A stretch of 58,126 bases of DNA, filler included, from a bacterium (GTDB lineage Bacteria > UBA9089 > CG2-30-40-21 > SBAY01): NCBI GenBank assembly GCA_040757115.1. It is 3 parts of 3 records of this genome, joined end to end, with 100 filler letters (N's around TTAATTAATTAA, not from the genome) between each part and the next. Parts side by side here need not be neighbours in the genome. Positions count along the whole stretch, not along the records: positions 38,968 to 58,126 come from JBFLYA010000059.1; 2 more parts are not named here. One strand, written 5' to 3'. Shown one piece after another: positions 51,144-58,126 of the stretch. The notes beneath the pieces are model-generated. The model was not told the DNA's origin. It ran no database searches and saw nothing but the letters and a program-made list of their open reading frames with translations. Positions within the stretch are counted from its first letter, which is position 1; every line of letters starts with the position of its first letter. The translations under genes were made by a program, and so were the position numbers.

Positions 51144-51411
51144 GTAACTATTCACCACGAAGAGCACGAAGGGCAGGGAGATGTTACAGAACAAATCTCT
51201 TTATGCTTTCTTTCTATCTTTCCACATTGAAATTTATCAATAGACCAACCTTAAATAGTAGTCAGTAGTTAGTAGTCAGTAATTACTGTTCACTCTTCAC
51301 CTCTTCCCTACTGACTACTCTCTACTCTCTACTATTTTAGGTAATGACTCTATTCGATAATTCATCAAATTTCACTTCGTGCTCTCCGTGCCCTTCGTGG
51401 TGAATAGTTAC
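51144..51411 (-). mobile_element. IS66-like MITE with GxxExxY start and a nested element (51248-51342)
   Basis: TIR GTAACTATTCACCACGAAG; 51343-51411 matches the reverse complement of 29818-29886 at 68/69. Confidence 0.85.
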
Positions 51412-51413
51412 GT

Positions 51414-51553
51414 TGGACGCAGATAAACGCAGATTTTCAAGATTTTAAACTACAGAATTTTTTATTATCCTGATAATCTGTGCAAATCTGCGTCCCATTA
51501 ACTTGAAAACCAATTCCGTGCTAATCCGTGTTAATCAGTGGCTGAATAGTTAC
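51414..51553. repeat. GGACGCAGAT..ATCTGCGTCC hairpin plus IS66-like end
   Basis: Inverted repeat at about 51415-51495 (half copy at about 212-232); 51515-51553 is the reverse complement of 5961-5999. Confidence 0.7.
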
Positions 51554-53019
51554 GTTTTAGATTGTAATAATCGGCGTAGAATATTATAAATCCATATATC
51601 AACAGGAAACCACAATAAGTGGTAATGTAAGCGAGCTATTGCTATGTATCTGAATATTTCAGCAACACATCTCCTGATACTTTTCAGTTTTTCGGTTATA
51701 TAAGGTCTATACAACATCCGTAGATAGAGAATAGCTCGTTGTATATACCTGATTTCTGTAGCAGTGAATCTACCGGGGAAATAATCAAGTTTACTACTGC
51801 CATAAGCATCTACATTCAAAGCTATCCAATCTGCCAAATTCTTAGGTTCCTTGAAACCATGTTGTAATGATAATTTGAACAATGCCGTACCTGGTAAAGG
51901 TAAATATGTATTCAAAGCAATCAATGTATTTGAGCGATGAAGACACAGTTTGGCACAAGTGGAAATTGTTTCCTTTATCTCCTGAAATGATTCTGTAGGA
52001 AAACCAACGATGAACGACAATAAAACTAATATATCAGGATATTTTTTCAAAACTACCATAGCTCGTTCTATATCCTCTACCCCGAACCCTTTTGTTATTA
52101 ATTGTAATATTCTCTCGGAGGATGACTCAATACCAATGAAAACCGACCTGATACCAGCTGTATGTAATGTATCAATGATATCATAATCTATTTGGTTTAC
52201 TCTCAAATCTACTGCATAGCAAATAAATCCATTTTGACTCATCCATTGCAACAATTCTATCGCACGCTTTTTATTGCCCAAAAAACAATCATCCAGAAAG
52301 AGAAATGAATTAATACTATATTGAGAACGAAGATACTGCATTTCTTTCTGGATTTGAGTTATATCTGATGGTTGCCAATGTCTGCCATGGAATGCTTTAT
52401 TGTAACAAAAGCCACAGTTAAAGGGACATCCTCGCGAACAGATGAAGCCGATAATTTTCTCTTGATGATTGGTGCTAAAGACAAATTCCTGAACGGGAAA
52501 ACTTTCCCAGTCGGGACGTTCTATGGTAGAGTCAATTCCTGGAATACCTGGAGGGTTAATGACAACTTTACCGTTATTACGATATGCCAGTGACGGAACC
52601 TGTTCAATACCGATATTACGGTGAAGCATCTGGGCTATGGCTACTATTGTAGATTCACCAGGTCCCACGCATATCCAGTCAATAGATGGTTCATAGAGGC
52701 ATTGTTCCGGTTCAAGGGAAGGATGGACTCCGCCCCACAAAATTGGTAAATCAGGCTGAAGTTGTTTGAGTAATCTTGACAGATGTAATGCCATCTTCAA
52801 TTTGAATCCTACAAGGACAGAAAAGCCTACCACCTGTGGCTGTAATGCGAGTACTTGATTAACCCATTTGTATGAGTCATCCCCAAATCGAAACAATACT
52901 ATTTGCGATTGTTCTCCAGCATTTTTAAGTGCACCTGCCAAACACGCCAGAGCCAATGGTGGATATTTAACTCCATATACATCACATGGAGGAACGACAA
53001 TTTCAGCTAATACAATCAT
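51550..53019 (-). CDS. B12-binding radical SAM protein
   Basis: PPLALA.LA, WGGVHPS, SRGCPFNCGFC, GIESSS, VGFPTE. Confidence 0.92.
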   Translation of the reverse strand: MIVLAEIVVPPCDVYGVKYPPLALACLAGALKNAGEQSQIVLFRFGDDSYKWVNQVLALQPQVVGFSVLVGFKLKMALHLSRLLKQLQPDLPILWGGVHPSLEPEQCLYEPSIDWICVGPGESTIVAIAQMLHRNIGIEQVPSLAYRNNGKVVINPPGIPGIDSTIERPDWESFPVQEFVFSTNHQEKIIGFICSRGCPFNCGFCYNKAFHGRHWQPSDITQIQKEMQYLRSQYSINSFLFLDDCFLGNKKRAIELLQWMSQNGFICYAVDLRVNQIDYDIIDTLHTAGIRSVFIGIESSSERILQLITKGFGVEDIERAMVVLKKYPDILVLLSFIVGFPTESFQEIKETISTCAKLCLHRSNTLIALNTYLPLPGTALFKLSLQHGFKEPKNLADWIALNVDAYGSSKLDYFPGRFTATEIRYIQRAILYLRMLYRPYITEKLKSIRRCVAEIFRYIAIARLHYHLLWFPVDIWIYNILRRLLQSKT

Positions 53020-53022
53020 TGT

Positions 53023-54042
53023 TTAGTCTCCTTCTAAAGAAAAACTCCATCGAAGCACATAGATATGCCATTTAATTTTATTCAAAAATAATTTTCGACG
53101 GTCAGGGGAATAAAAATATAAAATGTATAGAACCGACCAAAAGATTCCTTTCCCCAATGCCCCAACTAAAGTTATCAGTTTGATAATGCTCGCCTTAATA
53201 AAACCAAGATGTTTTCGATAAAAATATTGCTGACCGTTTAAAATAGCACTAACACGGTTAGCAAGGGATACTACAGTACTTCCACCTCCGATGTGAATTA
53301 CCTTTGGTTTTGGGGTATAGATAATATGCCATCCATTCTTCTTAATTCGATAACACCAATCCCATTCTTCAGCATAAAAGAACATTGTTTCATCCATAAG
53401 ACCTGCCTGTTCAACAGCCTCACGGCGAACAATGATACATGCTCCCACTATCCAATCAACATCTTGCTCTTGAAGATGTTCCTGGTAGGAAAGAAAGGGA
53501 GGAGAAAAATACTTGTATTCCTTCTGTATCAAATTACTCAATTTCCCGATGGGATTAAAATTCGCAAGAATGGAATACAGCGTTGGAAACCAACCACAGG
53601 CTGGTTGTAGAGAACCATCCGGGTTTAGTAGCCCGCAACCACCAGCACCGGCTCTTTGATTCTCATCCATATATTGCACTATTTGAGAAATAGCGTCATT
53701 AACAATAATTGTATCACTATTAAGAAGGAGAAAATAGTGTCCATTTGCTTGACGCATTCCTTCATTGCAGGCAAAAGCGAATCCTTCATTTTTCTCGTTT
53801 CGGATAAGGATTGTCTGAGGAAATTTTACTTGCACCATTTCACAGCTACCATCTGTAGAACCGTTATCTACAACGATTACTTCATAGGTTACATTGATTG
53901 TCTGATTGTAAATTGACTCAAGACATTTTTCCAGTAACTCACAGGTATTCCAATTAACAATAATCACAGAGATGTTACAAGTAGATTCTCGATGTAGCAG
54001 TAATGGATGTTTTAAACGCCCCACTTGCGGCTGACTATCCAT
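53023..54042 (-). CDS. GT2 glycosyltransferase (rhamnosyltransferase-like)
   Basis: IIVNWN, VVDNGS.DGS, NEGFA, LLNSD, GAC, EEWDWC.R; start MDSQ after RBS GGAGGAGG. Confidence 0.9.
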   Translation of the reverse strand: MDSQPQVGRLKHPLLLHRESTCNISVIIVNWNTCELLEKCLESIYNQTINVTYEVIVVDNGSTDGSCEMVQVKFPQTILIRNEKNEGFAFACNEGMRQANGHYFLLLNSDTIIVNDAISQIVQYMDENQRAGAGGCGLLNPDGSLQPACGWFPTLYSILANFNPIGKLSNLIQKEYKYFSPPFLSYQEHLQEQDVDWIVGACIIVRREAVEQAGLMDETMFFYAEEWDWCYRIKKNGWHIIYTPKPKVIHIGGGSTVVSLANRVSAILNGQQYFYRKHLGFIKASIIKLITLVGALGKGIFWSVLYILYFYSPDRRKLFLNKIKWHIYVLRWSFSLEGD

Positions 54043-55267
54043 AAATCCATACCTCCTCCAGTTGTTGCGACAGTGTTTTCCAACTGTATTTTGTTTCAAC
54101 CAATTGACGGGCTCTTTTTGCCAGAGAATAGGCAAGAGAATCATTCTCCAGTAAACTACACAATGCTCGGGTGAACTCCTGTGATGTGTTAGCCAATAGT
54201 AATTCTTGTTCGCTCTGAATGTCAATCCCTTCACATCCTAATGCTGTTGATACTACGGGTAATCCAGCGGAAAATGCCTCCAGAACCTTAAGTCGTGTTC
54301 CACCGCCATTAAAAATGGGCACTACCATTGCGCGACATTGATGCATAAATGCGCAAACATCTTTAACATAACCGTGTATGGTGATACCATTCGTGCTATG
54401 TAATCTTTTAATATCCTCTGGAACGGCATCTCCAACAACTTCCAGCCGAACATCTGGCAAATGCTTGTGAATCTGTGGTAACACTTCCTGAATAAAAAAA
54501 CGCAGTCCTATAACATTCGGAGGATGTCGAAAATAACCGAGAAATAGAATGGAATGATTGTTAATTTCACAAGGATGAAACGAAAAATATTCTGTATCAA
54601 CACCGTTAGGTACCACCCAAACCTTCTCTGGAGAAGCATACTGTTGAATGTGCTGGCAATCTACTTCTGAAGGGGTAATCATTGCATCACATCGTGACCA
54701 TAAAGATTGCTCAAATTGTCTCATACGAATTATCTCCCTTTGCAAGAATTTTTTCTGTCGGTCATTGCTTTGTTCTGCAAGGCGTTGAAGGGCTATGTAG
54801 CTAATGTCGATTTCGTCAAGCACTATCCTGACATCAGGTGCATACCTCCTTATCAGTGGTAAATATCGTCCCATAGCAGTATATTCCAACTGAACAACAT
54901 CAAAATGATATTTGATTAACAATCTTTTGAGATGTTGAGCGAGCGGTGGGAAATAAAAGCGTGAAGCCTCCCGTGGTAGCCCGACAATCCGCTCTTGCAA
55001 TCGCCGTATTGTTCTCAACCATTTCCATGGCAACATAGCTTCAGCCAACCGTTGACCAAATGTATCATTATTTCTGGCCAGGACAAGAACGGCAGGTTCT
55101 TTAAGTCCTTCCAATGCCTCTGGAAATCTGTAAAGGTTAGGGGTAATCAACGAAAGAAGTTGCACATTATGCCGCTGTCCAGTATAACGGATTAAATTGA
55201 AAATGCGGCTATGTCCACCTGAACGAATTGGCAATGGATAGAAGGGTGATACAATTAATATTTTCAT
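54035..55267 (-). CDS. GT4 glycosyltransferase
   Basis: VPNGVD, GGGTRLKVLEA..G.PVVST..G.EG; start MKIL (upstream extension comes from a MITE end at 55280). Confidence 0.9.
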   Translation of the reverse strand: MKILIVSPFYPLPIRSGGHSRIFNLIRYTGQRHNVQLLSLITPNLYRFPEALEGLKEPAVLVLARNNDTFGQRLAEAMLPWKWLRTIRRLQERIVGLPREASRFYFPPLAQHLKRLLIKYHFDVVQLEYTAMGRYLPLIRRYAPDVRIVLDEIDISYIALQRLAEQSNDRQKKFLQREIIRMRQFEQSLWSRCDAMITPSEVDCQHIQQYASPEKVWVVPNGVDTEYFSFHPCEINNHSILFLGYFRHPPNVIGLRFFIQEVLPQIHKHLPDVRLEVVGDAVPEDIKRLHSTNGITIHGYVKDVCAFMHQCRAMVVPIFNGGGTRLKVLEAFSAGLPVVSTALGCEGIDIQSEQELLLANTSQEFTRALCSLLENDSLAYSLAKRARQLVETKYSWKTLSQQLEEVWIYG

Positions 55268-55348
55268 GTTAAATCTCTCGTAAGCGTTTAGGTAGTGCAC
55301 GGTTTTTAGAGCTAAACGAACGAATCGAACAAAATATTTGGGAATAAT

Positions 55349-56152
55349 TCATTTTTTAAAAATAAAAAAAATCATAGGATTAGTTCCTTGACTATAATGT
55401 ATTAGTTCTTCGATGTTTAATCTGTTTTTAATTGACATAATTTTATCATATACAACTTTTTCTTTTGCGGGAGATGCTGTAAAATATTCTATCTTTTTCT
55501 GTTTTAACCAATCTATAATCACACCACCTTCAGCATCAAAACCAGTAGGCTCTGCCGTATGAAATACATCATGGACACTTACCGGGGTTCCATTTTTTAG
55601 ATTAGAAAATATATTTTGGATATACCAATGGGCGAAAGTGTCAGAATGATCTGAATCCATAAAAAGATAATCGATTTTTTGAGGTAATTTTTCTGTATTT
55701 TCCCTTATATCTCCTTTGGTAAACACCCACCTATTTTTAGATAAATCTAATGGTACCAATTTTGTCGAGTAATTCACTATGTCATATGAATATAATATTC
55801 CAAAACCGTTATCTTTTATTGCATTTAGGAGCCATGATGTTGACCATCCTCCGCAAGGGGAAATTTCAACAACAGTCTCTGGCTTAAATTCTCGAATCAA
55901 TAAATAAGTTAGTTCTGCCTCAACATCATCCAATTGAGGATCCATTTTAACTACATTCTGTGTATAACTAAACTTTTTTAAAATATATCGCAGTGCACGG
56001 TAGATAAAATATTTTTCAAACCAAGGTTTTTCAAACCATGTGTAACCCTTTTGAGAATGTAATTTTCTTTGATATTTTCTTACCTTTCGAAGATCATATA
56101 AATATTTCTCATATAAACCAAGGATAAAATTAATATTCAATTCATTAGTCAT
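55349..56152 (-). CDS. Class I SAM-dependent methyltransferase (Methyltransf_24-like)
   Basis: PETVVEISPCGGWST, IDYLFMDSDHS, VHDV. Confidence 0.75.
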   Translation of the reverse strand: MTNELNINFILGLYEKYLYDLRKVRKYQRKLHSQKGYTWFEKPWFEKYFIYRALRYILKKFSYTQNVVKMDPQLDDVEAELTYLLIREFKPETVVEISPCGGWSTSWLLNAIKDNGFGILYSYDIVNYSTKLVPLDLSKNRWVFTKGDIRENTEKLPQKIDYLFMDSDHSDTFAHWYIQNIFSNLKNGTPVSVHDVFHTAEPTGFDAEGGVIIDWLKQKKIEYFTASPAKEKVVYDKIMSIKNRLNIEELIHYSQGTNPMIFFIFKK

Positions 56153-56400
56153 AATAATAAATCACCTTTTCTTTTTATAAATGTAACCAAACCGCCAACA
56201 AGCAATTTCGGACAACGGCACAGTGGGTATGCGAAGATGAAGGCTGTGGCCTTTGACAAAAACAAGACTGCACCAGGATATTGTAGTCATCGAGTTTCCC
56301 TTCTAAACAAAATTTCTTGGCAACTTAAAACTTGCCTTTATTCTCTTTATCGGTATGATACATCTTAAACTTTAACTAATCTGAGTTACTACCGTCTTTC

Positions 56401-57900
56401 TTATACTTCTGAGGTATAATCTGCGTCACATTTTTTCCCAGCAATTATCTTTTTTAGACTCTTCAATTGCAACCAGAGGACATGAATCAAAGGTCGTGAC
56501 CATATCAGAACGGTCGGTGCCAGACGACAAGTCAAAAATGTATCCAGCAAGAATTCCACACATCGCGACAGAGACTTTGGTAATAGATATAGATAGGCAT
56601 AAACTTTTACAAATGTGTGAAAGTATTGCCAAAACATATGTAACTGCTGACAGGATAGGCTGGGAAGATTTAAAACGGTATTCATATAATCATTGTTTAC
56701 TCTGCGTTCAGTAAGCAATCTTTCATCACGGCACAACTCATAGAGCCGCGTTCCGGGATAAGGATAGAAAATAGTATGCCGAATATCGTCAACACTGCAA
56801 TGTGCATTTAATTTAATGGTATCCAATATTCGACTTGGGTTTTCATGAGGAAGACCAATCATATTAAAAGACATAACCTTTATCCCATATTTCCTTGCAG
56901 TATGAAAGGCGTTGATTATGGTATTCTTTTCAAGATTGCGATTCAACAATTCCTTGCGGATATATTCATTGCCACTTTCTAATCCAATTCGCAGTTCATA
57001 GCAGCCAGCGTAGGAGAGCATTTGTATCGTTTTCTCATTACAAAGGCTGGGATGAATATTACAGCAAAATGGTAGCGAAATCTTTTGTCTATATAATTCC
57101 ACAAACTCTTGTGCCCAATCTGACTTTAAGACGAGAATATCGTCATCGAAATGCAACCCCTTAACAAATGGATAGTCATGCAATACCTGCTGGATTTCCT
57201 GGATAACACTATTTACAGAGCGAAATCTGACATAATGCCCTAATTCCTTATAGAGATTTCTCAGTGCTTCGTTACTGCAATAGGTGCAAGAATAAGGACA
57301 TCCCCGAGAAATCATAAATGTTGCTTCCTTCCGCTGTTCAAAATATAGATGTGGATAATCAAATAGTTCACGGTCCGGGAACGGGAGTTCGTCGAGGTTT
57401 TCGATAAGATGCCGCAGTGGATTGCGTACCACCTTTCCATTCATTCTCAACCATAGATTAGGAATGTTATCCAACCTTTTACCTTGTTCAAGTGCTGTGC
57501 ATACATCCAGTAAGCATCCCTCTCCTTCCCCGACACAAATCATATCAATCCCGGGTGTTTGTATGCTTTCCTCAGGTGACAGGGTGGGATGAATACCTCC
57601 ATATATCGTCGGTGTATTTTTATATACATTTTTAAGACACACCACCATTTTCTTGACCATTGCATAACCGTGAGTGGTTGAAGAAAAGGCAATAAGGTCA
57701 GGTTGATGTTGTTCGAGAGAGTGAGAGAAGTCTGCGGTGGAATACTCCGAATTGGTTATGTGAACGAGCGAAGTAGAATGCCCTGCACTCTTCAAAACCG
57801 CCGAAAGTAAGGCAATTCCAGTATAGAAGGTTCCTTTGTAATCGGGAATATATTCAAATATATCAGGATAGACAAAGGTTACTTTCATTGTTGCTGACAA
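56401..57900 (-). CDS. B12-binding radical SAM protein
   Basis: GIALLSAVLK, GGIHPT, GEGE, SRGCPYSCTYC, GLESG, MIGLP. Confidence 0.92.
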   Translation of the reverse strand: MSATMKVTFVYPDIFEYIPDYKGTFYTGIALLSAVLKSAGHSTSLVHITNSEYSTADFSHSLEQHQPDLIAFSSTTHGYAMVKKMVVCLKNVYKNTPTIYGGIHPTLSPEESIQTPGIDMICVGEGEGCLLDVCTALEQGKRLDNIPNLWLRMNGKVVRNPLRHLIENLDELPFPDRELFDYPHLYFEQRKEATFMISRGCPYSCTYCSNEALRNLYKELGHYVRFRSVNSVIQEIQQVLHDYPFVKGLHFDDDILVLKSDWAQEFVELYRQKISLPFCCNIHPSLCNEKTIQMLSYAGCYELRIGLESGNEYIRKELLNRNLEKNTIINAFHTARKYGIKVMSFNMIGLPHENPSRILDTIKLNAHCSVDDIRHTIFYPYPGTRLYELCRDERLLTERRVNNDYMNTVLNLPSLSCQQLHMFWQYFHTFVKVYAYLYLLPKSLSRCVEFLLDTFLTCRLAPTVLIWSRPLIHVLWLQLKSLKKIIAGKKCDADYTSEV

Positions 57901-57922
57901 TGTCCTCCTCTAATCAAAGTTT

Positions 57923-58126
57923 GTAAGCGTTCAGGTGGTGTAACAAAAGGAGATGTGGAGATTAAGGAGATAGGGAGATATTATTAAAAAAATTGAAATT
58001 AATAGAAACTAATAGAAATTTATGGAAATTTGTTGTTTTCCACAATCAATTTCTACCTATTTCTATAAATTTCAATCTATTTCTATTATCTTATCTCCAT
58101 ATCACTCTTATCTCCTTATCCCCTTT
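57923..58126 (+). mobile_element. MITE A, copy running off the window end
   Basis: Matches the first 204 nt of 4037-4273. Confidence 0.9.

Overview
AT-rich bacterial sequence, probably from a metagenome-assembled genome of an anaerobe. It is made of at least three contigs joined artificially (N44-TTAATTAATTAA-N44 linkers at 19450-19549 and 38868-38967; a plain 100-N gap at 41406-41505), so adjacency across the linkers is not biological. Housekeeping content: dnaG, rpoD, four tRNAs, porAB, mtnA, trpDC, a lone atpG, ecfT, pilins, lepB, two YfhO-like proteins, pyrB and Crp. Accessory content: a decaying type III-A CRISPR-Csm operon with no array, several toxin-antitoxin pairs, integron attC sites (two intact, three degenerate and scattered), an ArsR/ArsM cluster with small Cys-rich proteins, IS630 remnants, and a cluster of B12-radical-SAM and glycosyltransferase genes. 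Three things stand out. (1) Most long intergenic regions hold miniature inverted-repeat elements (MITEs) with ends resembling at least four IS families (IS66-like GTAA with 8-bp TSD, IS630-like TATAG, IS256-like GGG with 9-bp TSD, CAG with about 10-bp TSD). They carry, and in one clear case share, inverted 7-10-nt tandem-repeat hairpin modules, and two carry the start of a GxxExxY gene. (2) cas10 is split by a 39-bp direct repeat enclosing a 34-bp unique insert, the geometry of a CRISPR repeat-spacer-repeat. (3) Integron cassette remnants are dispersed next to MITE ends. All calls come from reading the sequence; no database searches were run.
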